Assembly (NCBI GenBank): GCA_045645405.1
Contig: JAZRIQ010000004.1
Span: 93,372 to 157,371, forward strand
Direction of reading: 5' to 3'
Origin: Eubacteriales bacterium
GTDB taxonomy: Bacteria > Bacillota > Clostridia > Oscillospirales > CAG-272
Length of the DNA stretch: 64,000 nt
Shown here piece by piece: positions 45,880 to 56,624 of this stretch. The position numbers were made by a program, and so were the translations under genes. The number at the start of each line of letters is the position of its first letter. Within the stretch, counting starts at the first letter, position 1. The notes below the pieces were generated by a model. The model saw only the letters and a list, made by a program, of their open reading frames with translations. It ran no database searches and was not told the origin of the DNA.

Positions 45880-48800
45880 TTATAATAAGTCCATTATAGA
45901 AAGTTGATTTGTTTTTGCAAGATTATCAAACACGTGATTTGCTTCAAGAGTATCCATAACCGCTTTTGAAAGCATGGTTTTCTGTTGAAAATCTTCAACA
46001 GAAAAAATTTCGTTACTGTCTCTTGCTTCTTTGATTTTAATAGCTGCATTTTCTCCTATACCATCAATAGACGAAAACGGCATTCTGATTTTTCCGTCTT
46101 CAGGCAAAAATTTAAAGGAGTCAGATTTCATAAGATCAACAGGCAAAAACTCAATTCCTCTTGCCAGGCATTCATAAGCCATTTGAAGTGCAGTAATCAT
46201 ATCCTTCTCTTTTTGAGTAGCATCGTTTCCTTTTTCTTCAATTTCTGCAATTCTGTCAAGAACGCCGCGTTTTCCACGCTCAACCATAGAGGATTCAAAG
46301 CCTCCCGGAGCAACGCTTAAATACGCAGAATAGAAAACAAGAGGTAAATGAACCTTATACCAGCCAAGACGTATAGCTGAAATAACGTAAGCCGCTGCGT
46401 GAGCCTTCGGGAACATATATTTAATCTTTTTGCAAGAAGACATATACCATTCGGGAATTTTATTAGCTATCATAGCTTCTTCGTATTCCGGCTTTAATCC
46501 TTTACCCTTACGAACGTCTTCCATTATTTTAAATGCCATTCCTTTTTCAAGGCCGTGATATATCAAATAAAGCATTATGCTGTCACGAGTACCAACAACG
46601 TCGGAAATCGTACAAATTCCGTCCTTAATTAAGTCTTGTGCGTTTCCAAGCCAAACGTCAGTTCCGTGAGAAAGGCCTGAAATTTGAAGCAAGTCAGAGA
46701 AATTTTTCGGTTTAGCATCGACAAGCATTTGTTGAACAAATTTAGTGCCAAATTCCGGCAAACCGTAAGTACCAACCGAGCATTTTAAATCTTCAAGCAA
46801 ATTTTCCGAGCCTAACGGCTTTGTTGAAAGAAACAGTTCATAGACCTCAGGGTCATTCATTGGCACGTCCAATACTGACGTGTTTGAATACGTCTCAAGC
46901 ATTTTATACTTTGTCGGAATATCGTGACCAAGCTCATCAAGCTTAAGAAGTGTATCGTGAAGATATGAAAAAGTAAAATGTGTAGTTATAATATTTGAAT
47001 CCGCGTCATCAGCAGGATGTTGAACAGGACAAAAATCGTATATTTCATACTCTTTAGGAACAACAACAATTCCACCTGGATGTTGTCCTGTTGTTCTTTT
47101 AACACCGGTACACAAGCCAGCTAATCGCTTCATTTCAGCGCTATTTACATTTAACTGGCGCTCTTCCATATATTTTAAGATATAGCCAATAGCAGTTTTT
47201 TCAGCAACTTCACCGATTGTTCCTGCTCTGAATACGTTTTCAGCACCGAAAAGATCCTCAGTATATTTATGAATTTTTCCTTGAACGTCACCGGAGAAAT
47301 TCAAGTCAATATCGGGAGACTTATCACCTTTAAAGCCCAAAAAGGTTTCAAAAGGGATATCATGACCGTCTTGTATCATCTTAGTATCACAATGAGGACA
47401 CTGTTTATCGGGTAAGTCAAATCCTGAACCAACACTACCGTCAGTAATAAACTCACTATATCTGCAATTTGGACATCTATAATGAGGCTGTAATGGATTT
47501 ACCTCTGAAATTCCCGCCATGGTTGCAACAAATGATGAACCAACAGAGCCTCTTGAACCAACTAAATAGCCCAGCTTTTCACTTTGATAAACAAGCTTTT
47601 GAGCAATCATATAAAGAACTGCAAAACCGTTTGCGATAATCGAGGTTAATTCTTTATCAAGTCTTTGTGAAACAATTTCAGGAATTACGCCCTCAAACGC
47701 ATACATATTTCTTGCACGTTCCCAACACATATTTTGAAGGTCCTCCTCTGCTCCGTCCATTTTAGGAGTAAAGGTTCCCTCCGGGAAAGGTCTGATATTA
47801 TCATACTCAATCATATCAGCGATTTTATTTGTGTTTGTAACTACAACCTCAAATGCTTTTTCTTCACCTAAATATTCAAATTCTTTAAGCATTTCTTCAG
47901 TTGTTCGGAAATAAATACCGGTATCTCTGTCAGCATCCTTGAATTTTTGGCTGGCTAACAAAATTTTACGACCGATTTCATCTTCTTTGTTTAGAAAATG
48001 TGCGTCGCAGGTAGCCACAACGGGCTTTCCAAGCTTTTCTCCCAATTCAACAATTTTTTTATTAAATTTGATTAAATCCTCTAATGTTGCCTTGTTTTCA
48101 TGAACAAGGAACATATTATTACAAATAGGTTGAATTTCGAGATAATCGTAAAAATCAGCAATTGATTCTATTTCAGATTCACTTTTATTATCTAAAATTG
48201 CCTTATAAAGCTCACCGGACTCACAGGCAGAGCCTATAATCAGACCTTCTCTAAGCTCATTTAAGCGTGTTTTAGGAATTCTCGGTGTTCTTTTAAAGTA
48301 TTTCAAAAAGCTGTCAGAAATTAGCTTATATAAGTTTTTAAGGCCTGTTTTATTCTTAACCAACAAAATTTGATGGTGTGTCGGGAGCTTTAAAGGGTCA
48401 ACGTTAGCACTCATTGCCTGTATCATCTTTTCAGTATCCTCAACACCCTCGCCTTTAAGCTTTTCAAACATCGCCGAAAGAATATTTGCAAGCATTTCAG
48501 CATCGTCACAAGCTCTATGATGGTTAAAATCACCAAGATTAAAGTATTCTGCCAAAACATCCAGCTTATGCTTTTTCAAATCCGGATTAGTAAATTTCGA
48601 AAGCGCTACCGTATCAAGATAGGTAAATTCAAAATTCATACCGTTTTCTTCACATGCTTTTCTTATAAAGCCTGTATCGAAGCCCGCATTATGCGCAACT
48701 AAAATTCTATTGCCCGCAAAAGCAAAAAATTCGGGTAAAACCTCGCTAATATCCCTTGCATCAGCAACCATTTCATTTGTGATACCTGTCAATTCAATAA

Positions 48801-50280
48801 TGTTATCAGGAATTTCAATATGAGGATTTACAAAGGTATCATATCTTGCAATTATCTCTCCTTTTTTGACGATAACCGCACCTATTTCGGTAATTTTATC
48901 ATTTTGGAAGGATAAGCCCGTGGTTTCAATATCAAATACACAATATTCATCATCAAATGATGCGTTCTGCGTCCCGAATATCGCTTTGGCTGTATCGTCA
49001 ACAAAATATGCTTCCATACCGTAAATCAATTTAACCCCTGCTTTTTCAGCAGCAACCATAGCAGGTGGGAAGCCTTGGACGTTTCCGTGGTCGGTAATAG
49101 CTACGGTACGAAGCCCCCATTCCTTCACACGCTTTACTAAAGCTGCAGGGTCAATAATTGCATCCTTTGCAGACATCATTGTATGACAATGAAGCTCTAC
49201 TCGTTTATTTTCCGCATTATCTTTACGTTCTTTTTTAGAAATCTTAAGAACGTCTGTATATGAAACAAAAATTTCTTTATCCTTATTGAATTCGTCAATC
49301 TTTATATTACCGCGTATTGCATAAGAACTTCCCATTTGAAAATACGACATTTCTTCATCACGCTTGTCCGCAGAAACAGAAATTTGAATATAAATAGAAG
49401 AATCATTATCCGTAAGTCCCACCTTGATTATGGAAAGGTGACCGCGCTTTGATTTTACCGACTTTTCTTGAATATCGAAAACAGTTCCCAAAAAGCACAC
49501 GCTATGCATTCCGTTTTCAAGCTTTCTTATGGGAATTATATTTGAGATTTCAAACAAGCCCCCCGCAACGTACTCAGGATTAGAAATAATAAAGGTTGTC
49601 GGACCAACCTTAATTTCTCCGTTGTTTGAATTATCAGCAGAAATATCTTCTTGGAAAAACGAGTTTGCTTTCGCAAAAGACGCGCGCAGATTTTGCGCCT
49701 GTTCTGTTTTTTCCGCACTTTTTGAAACATCCTTTGCATGTTGCTCCAACGCTCTGCGTAAAATATTCATTTTTTCATTTTCAAAAGCTTCTATGTTTCT
49801 TTTGTAATCTTCTCTTTGCTCAATAGCAAAACGAACATTTACATTAAATTCATTACTAACTATTTTTGACATCACGCTTGCGGTATCTGCACCGTCAAGC
49901 AGATCTATTCCGCCCTGTAAAAAAGGAACCTTTATAACAACTGTTCCATTATCATCGGTTGAAATACTGTAGTCCTCAAAAAATCCCCTTGAAACAACTC
50001 CCTGGCGATACGTTTCAAGAATTAAATCGTCTATATACTCCAATGAATACAGCTCCGGAGAATATTTAGGATATATAACAAAGTGATTCAGTCGATACGC
50101 TTCGCTGATTTCTCCTTCAATTCTATATAAAATTCTTTTAGGAATAATAAGGGAGGATGATATATCAACCTCCATCATTCTTAATTCTTTATCAACTCTA
50201 ATACCTAATACTTCCGCCTGCATATAGCTATCAAGCTCATTAGCAGGCGAATATTTAGGAAATCTTTCATTTAATTTCAT
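45880..50280 (-). CDS. polC: DNA polymerase III PolC-type
   Basis: RVELHCHT PHP domain, inserted 3'-5' exonuclease (VFDIETTG, HNAGFD, HHRACDD), GSRGSVGSS, KSPDIDLNF, YMFPKAHAAAY. Confidence 0.98.
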   Translation of the reverse strand: MKLNERFPKYSPANELDSYMQAEVLGIRVDKELRMMEVDISSSLIIPKRILYRIEGEISEAYRLNHFVIYPKYSPELYSLEYIDDLILETYRQGVVSRGFFEDYSISTDDNGTVVIKVPFLQGGIDLLDGADTASVMSKIVSNEFNVNVRFAIEQREDYKRNIEAFENEKMNILRRALEQHAKDVSKSAEKTEQAQNLRASFAKANSFFQEDISADNSNNGEIKVGPTTFIISNPEYVAGGLFEISNIIPIRKLENGMHSVCFLGTVFDIQEKSVKSKRGHLSIIKVGLTDNDSSIYIQISVSADKRDEEMSYFQMGSSYAIRGNIKIDEFNKDKEIFVSYTDVLKISKKERKDNAENKRVELHCHTMMSAKDAIIDPAALVKRVKEWGLRTVAITDHGNVQGFPPAMVAAEKAGVKLIYGMEAYFVDDTAKAIFGTQNASFDDEYCVFDIETTGLSFQNDKITEIGAVIVKKGEIIARYDTFVNPHIEIPDNIIELTGITNEMVADARDISEVLPEFFAFAGNRILVAHNAGFDTGFIRKACEENGMNFEFTYLDTVALSKFTNPDLKKHKLDVLAEYFNLGDFNHHRACDDAEMLANILSAMFEKLKGEGVEDTEKMIQAMSANVDPLKLPTHHQILLVKNKTGLKNLYKLISDSFLKYFKRTPRIPKTRLNELREGLIIGSACESGELYKAILDNKSESEIESIADFYDYLEIQPICNNMFLVHENKATLEDLIKFNKKIVELGEKLGKPVVATCDAHFLNKEDEIGRKILLASQKFKDADRDTGIYFRTTEEMLKEFEYLGEEKAFEVVVTNTNKIADMIEYDNIRPFPEGTFTPKMDGAEEDLQNMCWERARNMYAFEGVIPEIVSQRLDKELTSIIANGFAVLYMIAQKLVYQSEKLGYLVGSRGSVGSSFVATMAGISEVNPLQPHYRCPNCRYSEFITDGSVGSGFDLPDKQCPHCDTKMIQDGHDIPFETFLGFKGDKSPDIDLNFSGDVQGKIHKYTEDLFGAENVFRAGTIGEVAEKTAIGYILKYMEERQLNVNSAEMKRLAGLCTGVKRTTGQHPGGIVVVPKEYEIYDFCPVQHPADDADSNIITTHFTFSYLHDTLLKLDELGHDIPTKYKMLETYSNTSVLDVPMNDPEVYELFLSTKPLGSENLLEDLKCSVGTYGLPEFGTKFVQQMLVDAKPKNFSDLLQISGLSHGTDVWLGNAQDLIKDGICTISDVVGTRDSIMLYLIYHGLEKGMAFKIMEDVRKGKGLKPEYEEAMIANKIPEWYMSSCKKIKYMFPKAHAAAYVISAIRLGWYKVHLPLVFYSAYLSVAPGGFESSMVERGKRGVLDRIAEIEEKGNDATQKEKDMITALQMAYECLARGIEFLPVDLMKSDSFKFLPEDGKIRMPFSSIDGIGENAAIKIKEARDSNEIFSVEDFQQKTMLSKAVMDTLEANHVFDNLAKTNQLSIMDLL

Positions 50281-50326
50281 CTTTACACCTATATTTTCAG
50301 AATAAAATAAAAGTTTAAACCGGTGT

Positions 50327-51412
50327 TTAGTGCTTTTTAAAATTCTCTATTTCGTTTAAAAGCGTATCAATAATTTTATCCTCGGATATTTTTCCTACAA
50401 TTTCTCCTCGTCTGAATAAAACCGCTTCTTTTTTGCCTCCAGCAATTCCAAAATCACATTCTCTTGCCTCTCCAGGACCGTTAACCACACACCCCATCAA
50501 AGCAATTTTTATATCTTTTCCGTTAGTTTCTATATCTTTTATTGCGTCCTTCAGTCTGTTTGAAAGGCTAATCAAATCAATTTGTGTTCTTCCACAGGTA
50601 GGACAAGACACTACTTGAATAGAGCCTTTGCTATACAGTCCAAGGGAGCATAACAGCTCTTTAGCTGCCTTAATCTCCTCACAAGGATTTGCAGTTAAAG
50701 AAACTCTTATCGTGTCACCGATACCGTCGCATAAAAGAGCGCCGATACCAGCACTGCTTTTAATAAGTCCCGAATATGCGTCTCCTGCCTCGGTAACGCC
50801 TAAATGAATTGGATAATCACAATTTTTGGCAATTATCCTATTGGTTAATATCATATTTCTTACATCTGATGATTTAACCGAAACGATTGTATTATAAAAT
50901 CCAAATTTTTCAAGTAACTCGATATGATAAAATGCGCTTTCCGCAAGAGCATTCGGCGTAGGCTTTGAGTATTTTTGTAAAATATGTTTTTCTAATGAAC
51001 CGCCATTAACACCTATTCTTATAGGAATACCCTCACTTTTACACGCTGAAGTAACCTCTTTTACCTTCCAGTCCTCGCCAATGTTGCCGGGGTTTATACG
51101 AATTTTGTCAACGCCGTTTTTTACACATTCAAGCGCAATACGATAATCAAAATGAATATCAGCAACTATAGGAATAGTAATACCTGCTTCTTTAATTTTT
51201 TTAATGGTTGAAGCCGCCTCTAAAGTAGGTACAGTTATTCTAACAATATCACAACCTGCCAAAGACAGTTCATTTATCTGATTGATTGTGCTAATATAAT
51301 CAAGAGTGTCGGTATTTGTCATCGACTGAATAGAAATGTCGCTATTTCCACCAATTTCTACGTCTTTTATCTTGATACATTTAGTTTTTCGTCTAATATC
51401 GTTATAATTCAT
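50327..51412 (-). CDS. ispG: (E)-4-hydroxy-3-methylbut-2-enyl-diphosphate synthase
   Basis: IQSMTNTDT, ADIHFD, RINPGN, HLGVTEAG, SCPTCGR, MGCVVNGPGE. Confidence 0.97.
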   Translation of the reverse strand: MNYNDIRRKTKCIKIKDVEIGGNSDISIQSMTNTDTLDYISTINQINELSLAGCDIVRITVPTLEAASTIKKIKEAGITIPIVADIHFDYRIALECVKNGVDKIRINPGNIGEDWKVKEVTSACKSEGIPIRIGVNGGSLEKHILQKYSKPTPNALAESAFYHIELLEKFGFYNTIVSVKSSDVRNMILTNRIIAKNCDYPIHLGVTEAGDAYSGLIKSSAGIGALLCDGIGDTIRVSLTANPCEEIKAAKELLCSLGLYSKGSIQVVSCPTCGRTQIDLISLSNRLKDAIKDIETNGKDIKIALMGCVVNGPGEARECDFGIAGGKKEAVLFRRGEIVGKISEDKIIDTLLNEIENFKKH

Positions 51413-51420
51413 AAGTCCTC

Positions 51421-52446
51421 TTATTTAAACAAAAAGATGATATCTTTAAATGATACAATCAAAACAAATGCCATAAGTATTGCAAAGCCTGCCGCTTTAA
51501 TTCCGTACTCAATTTTTTGCGGAATCGGTTTTCTTATAATCATTTCAACTAACAAAAGAACAAGTGATCCACCGTCAAGCGCAGGAATGGGCAGTAAATT
51601 AAATATGCCAAGGTTTATCGAAATTACAACAACCAAATAAAAAAGTGAATACGTACTTGTTTTAGCTGCCTGTGTAATAGCTCCTGTAACACCAACAGGA
51701 CCTGAAACTTGTTCAATACCGTATCTACCGGAAACCAAATCGAAAAGAGAGTCCCATATCATTTTTATCGTTGATTTACACGAAAAATAAGAATTTTTAA
51801 TAACAGTAGATACTGTCCTATCTTCTCCGTAAACAAAGAAATCAACAAGTCCAAAGGAAATACCTTCACTTACAGTATTGGGAAAAATAACATTATCCAA
51901 AGTTATTTTGTTCCCATCTCTTAAAACGGTTATACTGATAGGTCTGTAGCCTTTACGCATAATTTCATAATTAAGCTCACTTGCCGTATGCACTCTGGTG
52001 TTTTCAACCTTTACAATTTCATCATTAACCATCAAATACTGATTACTTGTTGCGCTATCATCAAATTGTCCTATTTTCGTAGTTCCGTAACGTTCGTTTG
52101 AGGCGGTTAGTATAATCATAATAATTATACCAATCAACAAATTCATAATTGCGCCGGCAGCTATAATAATAAAACGCTGCCAAGCAGATTTTTTATTAAA
52201 TGCATTCGGGTCTTCACTTTCTTCAGACTCTCCAATCATAGCAACAAAACCGCCGATAGGAAGAAGTCTTAAAGAATAATCAATTCCGTCTTTTCCTTTT
52301 TTGGAAAGGATTTTGGGTCCCATACCTATTGAAAACTCACTTATTGCAACTCCGAATTTTTTTGCAAACATAAAATGTCCCAGCTCATGAATAAAAATCA
52401 TAAAGCCAAAAATTAAAATCGCAATTAAAATGTAAAATACTATCAT
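51421..52446 (-). CDS. rseP: RIP metalloprotease RseP (M50)
   Basis: HELGH, FSIGMGP, NLLPIPALDGG; canonical position. Confidence 0.93.
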   Translation of the reverse strand: MIVFYILIAILIFGFMIFIHELGHFMFAKKFGVAISEFSIGMGPKILSKKGKDGIDYSLRLLPIGGFVAMIGESEESEDPNAFNKKSAWQRFIIIAAGAIMNLLIGIIIMIILTASNERYGTTKIGQFDDSATSNQYLMVNDEIVKVENTRVHTASELNYEIMRKGYRPISITVLRDGNKITLDNVIFPNTVSEGISFGLVDFFVYGEDRTVSTVIKNSYFSCKSTIKMIWDSLFDLVSGRYGIEQVSGPVGVTGAITQAAKTSTYSLFYLVVVISINLGIFNLLPIPALDGGSLVLLLVEMIIRKPIPQKIEYGIKAAGFAILMAFVLIVSFKDIIFLFK

Positions 52447-52496
52447 TTTTACTCCAAAAACAGAATTTATAGCTTTAACCGATAAAACAATGATGA

Positions 52497-53648
52497 TTAT
52501 ATTTTAATCAGTTGTTCAGTTAAGATACGTGCTTCCTTATCAGCATTCAAAATATCTTCCAATGAAGGGTCTTTAATATTTTTGAAATTTGTAACAATAT
52601 TAGTTACTATGTCGAAAATATCGGTAAATTTAATTTTATCATTAAGAAAGTGTTTAACCGCAATCTCGTCAGATGCATTTAAAACAGTTGGAATTATACC
52701 ATCTTGCTTAATTGCGTAGAACGCCAAAGAAAGTAGTGAAAACGTTTCCATATCGGGTTCTTCAAACGTTAAACTGCTTAATTTAGCAAAATCAAGCTGT
52801 TCTGCACAGGAAGCCGTTCTTTCCGGATACGTAATTGCATACTGAATACAGGTACGCATATCAGGCGCTCCCATTTGAGCAATAACGCTGTTATCATTGT
52901 ATTCTACGGCAGAATGCATTATGCTTTGAGGGTGTATAATGACCTTAATCTGCTCGGGTTTAACGTTAAATAGGCGAACTGCCTCAATAACCTCAAATCC
53001 TTTATTCATCAATGAGGCACTGTCAACAGTAATTTTAGCTCCCATCTTCCATGTTGGATGAGCTAATGCCTCCCTTGCCGTTATATTCTTTAAATCGTTT
53101 CTTTTTTTATGACGAAACGGTCCACCCGAAGATGTTAATATTATTCTTTTAATAGAATTGTTGCCATTTCCCTGCAAGCATTGAAAAATAGCACTGTGTT
53201 CGCTATCAACAGGAATAAGCTCCGCGTTATTTTTGTCAATTTCCTCTTTAAGGAGCTTGTAAGCAATTACTATTGCCTCTTTGTTGGACATAGCAATTCG
53301 TTTTCCGCTTTTTGCACAAGCAATTGCAGGAGCAAGCCCTGAAAAGCCGGAAATTGCATTAACGGCAGTTCTTGCATTAGATTCCTCAATAGCCGATAAT
53401 AAGCTCTCCTCACCGCTATAAACCTTTATATCAGTATCAGCCAGCTTGATTTTTAGCAAATTTGCAGCGTTTGAGCTTGTCATAACGCAAACTTTTGGCT
53501 TAAGCTCTCTTGCTTGTCTCTCCATTTCATCAAAGGAAGAATCGGAAGCAAGTAAATCTACGCTTAAATTTAATAATTTAGCAACCTCGATGCTCTGCTT
53601 TCCAACGGAGCCGGTTGAACCTAAAATTGCAATAGTATTTTTGTTCAT
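52497..53648 (-). CDS. dxr: 1-deoxy-D-xylulose 5-phosphate reductoisomerase
   Basis: LGSTGSVG, NKE, PVDSEHSAI, HPTWKMGAKITVDSA. Confidence 0.97.
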   Translation of the reverse strand: MNKNTIAILGSTGSVGKQSIEVAKLLNLSVDLLASDSSFDEMERQARELKPKVCVMTSSNAANLLKIKLADTDIKVYSGEESLLSAIEESNARTAVNAISGFSGLAPAIACAKSGKRIAMSNKEAIVIAYKLLKEEIDKNNAELIPVDSEHSAIFQCLQGNGNNSIKRIILTSSGGPFRHKKRNDLKNITAREALAHPTWKMGAKITVDSASLMNKGFEVIEAVRLFNVKPEQIKVIIHPQSIMHSAVEYNDNSVIAQMGAPDMRTCIQYAITYPERTASCAEQLDFAKLSSLTFEEPDMETFSLLSLAFYAIKQDGIIPTVLNASDEIAVKHFLNDKIKFTDIFDIVTNIVTNFKNIKDPSLEDILNADKEARILTEQLIKI

Positions 53649-53650
53649 AA

Positions 53651-54466
53651 CTATCCTATAAAATGATTTAAAACATACAAAGTCGGAGCAACCAATAAAA
53701 CTCCATCAAATCTATCGAGTATTCCACCGTGACCCGGGAAAATAAAACCGTAATCCTTAATATTATATTGACGCTTTATGCTTGAAGCAATTAAATCACC
53801 GAATTGAGATACAATTGACAAAATTAAGCCGTAAATACATAATGTCAAATATGAAAGCTTTGCGTCATAAAATCCGTTCATTATCAAACCGTATATTGCA
53901 AAACCGGCAATTGTGAATACTACTCCGCCTATTGCTCCCTCAACAGTTTTTTTCGGACTGATTTCAGGAATAAGCTTGTGCTTACCAATTAACATTCCTG
54001 TAAAATACGCAAAGCTATCGCATATCCAGGCACCTAAAAACGCCAGTAAGTATATTTCACCACCGTTATGCGAAAATCTTAATAACAAAATCGAAGTAAA
54101 ACCGGAAATTACAAAAATACATAACGTATATAGCGTTAATACGTCAGATAAATTGTCTTTGTTCTTTCTTAACATAACGTACGCCAGCATATATATAAGA
54201 ACGCCTATAAACATTACAGGAATATGTGATAAGAAAAATTTATTTGTAGTTACGCACAATCTAAAAAACGGTACGAAAAACGCAAGCAGATATAATGGAA
54301 CAGAAAGAAAAAGCTTTTTTTCAAATCCCAAGCATTTTGACATTTCAAAAACTCCAACAAGACACAAAACAGAAATAGCTAACGGAAAAATACCCGTATG
54401 CGAAAAAATACAGACAGGAATAAAAATAGCTATAGCAATAATTGAAGTAATAATTCTTTTTAACAT
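53651..54466 (-). CDS. cdsA: Phosphatidate cytidylyltransferase
   Basis: ISPKKTVEG, GDLIAS.IKR...IKDYG..PGHGGILDRFD. Confidence 0.95.
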   Translation of the reverse strand: MLKRIITSIIAIAIFIPVCIFSHTGIFPLAISVLCLVGVFEMSKCLGFEKKLFLSVPLYLLAFFVPFFRLCVTTNKFFLSHIPVMFIGVLIYMLAYVMLRKNKDNLSDVLTLYTLCIFVISGFTSILLLRFSHNGGEIYLLAFLGAWICDSFAYFTGMLIGKHKLIPEISPKKTVEGAIGGVVFTIAGFAIYGLIMNGFYDAKLSYLTLCIYGLILSIVSQFGDLIASSIKRQYNIKDYGFIFPGHGGILDRFDGVLLVAPTLYVLNHFIG

Positions 54467-54468
54467 AA

Positions 54469-55170
54469 TTATAATCCGCCAAATCTCCTATTTCTTTTAT
54501 AAAAGCTTTTAATTGCTTTTTGAAGCTCTTTCATATCAAAATCGGGCCATAAAACCTTCGAAAAATAAAATTCCGAGTATGCACACTGCCATAATAAAAA
54601 GTTGGAAATTCTTACCTCGTTTGCAGTTCTTATTATCAAATCCGGGTCGGGTGAAGCGTTAGTATACAAATGTGAATTTATATCAGCTTCTGTAATTTCC
54701 GTCTTTCCCTCTTGTAACAATTTATTACAAGCGTTTACTATTTCAGCTCTGCCTCCGTAATTGAATGCAATATTCAAAGTATTCTCAAAATTCTCTGTTG
54801 ATTTCTCAAGTTCATAAATACGGTCTCTCAAAGTTTCAGTTAAAGCGCTTTTGTCTCCGAGAAAAACAATTTTAATATCTTTATATTTTTTTGCTTCATC
54901 AAGATATCTTTCCATAAGATCAATGATAGCGTCCACCTCATCTTTAGGTCTTGACCAATTTTCGGTAGAAAAAGCATATACAGTAACAGTTTTTATTCCA
55001 AGCTTATGGCAATTACGAACAGTTTCTTCAAAAGCTTGTGCGCCAAATTTATGGCCAACCTTTCTTGGCAAGCCGCGTTTTTTTGCCCACCTTCCGTTAC
55101 CGTCCATAATAAAAGCAATATGCTTTAGTCGAGAATCCACTTTGAATTCTTGTTTTTTCTTAAAAAACAT
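54469..55170 (-). CDS. uppS: Undecaprenyl diphosphate synthase
   Basis: IMDGNGRWA, YAFSTENW.RP, NYGGR, R.SNFLLWQ, RRFGG; start at ATG 55170 after GAGGTG. Confidence 0.96.
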   Translation of the reverse strand: MFFKKKQEFKVDSRLKHIAFIMDGNGRWAKKRGLPRKVGHKFGAQAFEETVRNCHKLGIKTVTVYAFSTENWSRPKDEVDAIIDLMERYLDEAKKYKDIKIVFLGDKSALTETLRDRIYELEKSTENFENTLNIAFNYGGRAEIVNACNKLLQEGKTEITEADINSHLYTNASPDPDLIIRTANEVRISNFLLWQCAYSEFYFSKVLWPDFDMKELQKAIKSFYKRNRRFGGL

Positions 55171-55222
55171 AAACACCTCTTTGTAATTTAGGGCTGCCCA
55201 AAAAGGCAACCCTGAATTATAT

Positions 55223-55777
55223 TTAGATTTCCATAATTTCCTTTTCTTTTCCTGCAGTAATTACATCAATTTCCTTAATGTATTTATCTGTTAAGTCTTG
55301 AATGGATTTTTCAGATGTCTTTTGCTCATCCTCGGTCATTTCGCCGTTTTTCTTCATATCCTTTGCTTTGTCCATAGCATCGCGTCTGATATTACGAATA
55401 GAAACCTTAGCATCTTCACCAAGCTTAGAAACCTGCTTCTTTAATTCTTTTCTTCTATCCTCAGTCAACTGCGGAAATACAAGTCTTATAACCTTACCGT
55501 CATTTGCAGGGGTAATACCAAGGTCAGAAGCCAAAATTGCTTTTTCAATTCCTTTAAGAGTTGTTGAATCCCAAGGCTGAATAACAATAGTTCTCGCATC
55601 AGGAACGGAAACAGTTCCGATTTGTGTAACAGGTGTTGGCACTCCATAGTAATCAACATTGATTCTGTCAAGAACAGAAGCGTTTGCTCTGCCCGCTCTT
55701 ACTGAACCTAACTCATATTTGTAGGAATCAATAGATTTTTTCATTTTGTTTTCAAATTCTTTAGTATCAAGTTTCAT
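55223..55777 (-). CDS. frr: Ribosome recycling factor
   Basis: RAGRAN, VDYYG, LTEDRRKEL.K, IRNIRRDA. Confidence 0.97.
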   Translation of the reverse strand: MKLDTKEFENKMKKSIDSYKYELGSVRAGRANASVLDRINVDYYGVPTPVTQIGTVSVPDARTIVIQPWDSTTLKGIEKAILASDLGITPANDGKVIRLVFPQLTEDRRKELKKQVSKLGEDAKVSIRNIRRDAMDKAKDMKKNGEMTEDEQKTSEKSIQDLTDKYIKEIDVITAGKEKEIMEI

Positions 55778-55779
55778 TT

Positions 55780-56493
55780 TTATTCTCCCTTCACTACAGT
55801 GCCCATTTCAGCACCCATTATAACGTTATAAATATTTTCACATTTATCAAGACCAAAAACATGTATGGAAATATTATTATCCATAGCAAATGACGTTGCA
55901 GTTGAGTCCATCGCCTGTAAGCCCTTGGCTAATATTTCCTTATATGTAATACTTGAAATTTTTTGTGCATTTTTATCTTTGCGAGGATCGGCAGTATATA
56001 TTGCATCTATATTTTTAGCCATCAATACAACCTCGGCATTTATCTCAGATGCTCTTACAACAGAAGCGGTATCGGTAGAAACGAACGGAATACCGATTCC
56101 ACCACCAAAAATTACAACCTTGCCGCTAGATAACAATTTTAAAGCCTCATCTCTTACAAAAGGCTTTGCAAATGCCTTCATCTCTACAGCTGTCATAACC
56201 TCCGCATCAACACCAGCACGGATAAATGATTCTTGTAAAGCTAAAGCGTTTATGCAGGTTGCAAGCATTCCCATATGGTCTGCCTTAACTCTGTCCATAT
56301 CTTTACCGCTACGTCCACGCCAAATATTTCCTGCACCTACCAAAACAGCGATTTCCACGCCACTTTCAACACATTTTTTAACGGTTTTAGCAATTTCGTT
56401 AATATAATCAAAATCTAAAATTCCGTCCTTTCCGGCAGAAATTGCCTCACCGGAAAGCTTAAGTAACACTCTTTTATAAACGGGCGTATCCAC
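55780..56493 (-). CDS. pyrH: UMP kinase
   Basis: LKLSGEA, GAGNIWRG, DHMGMLAT, STDT, MDSTA. Confidence 0.96.
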   Translation of the reverse strand: MDTPVYKRVLLKLSGEAISAGKDGILDFDYINEIAKTVKKCVESGVEIAVLVGAGNIWRGRSGKDMDRVKADHMGMLATCINALALQESFIRAGVDAEVMTAVEMKAFAKPFVRDEALKLLSSGKVVIFGGGIGIPFVSTDTASVVRASEINAEVVLMAKNIDAIYTADPRKDKNAQKISSITYKEILAKGLQAMDSTATSFAMDNNISIHVFGLDKCENIYNVIMGAEMGTVVKGE

Positions 56494-56587
56494 AATAAGC
56501 TCCTTAAATAGTTATATTTATTTATCATAGTATATAATACTATATTTTTGACTGTTTGTAAATAGTAAAATAAAAAATAATTAGAAA

Positions 56588-56615
56588 AAACTCAAACAGT
56601 TTCCTGTTTGAGTTT
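56588..56615 (-). terminator. Terminator of rpsB-tsf
   Basis: AAACTCAAACAG/CTGTTTGAGTTT stem. Confidence 0.75.
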
Positions 56616-56624
56616 AATCGTATA

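Larger units (their letters stand above)
44050..45880. mobile_element. Non-autonomous inverted-repeat-bounded element (IS-end-like) carrying a phage protein fragment
   Basis: AAAAGGCGTA (44050-44059)/TACGCCTTTT (45871-45880) perfect IR; inner IR ATTCATTTTGCAA (44062-44074) vs ATTTAGTTTGCAA (reverse complement of 45843-45855); SD-sequestering hairpin with a 13-codon stub at the left end; foreign cargo. Confidence 0.5.

Noticed and set aside
45880-50280. Intein or unusual insertion in PolC or DnaE
   Set aside because: Lengths and motif order are normal; the insert in the PolC PHP domain is the standard proofreading exonuclease. Having both dnaE and polC is normal for Clostridia.
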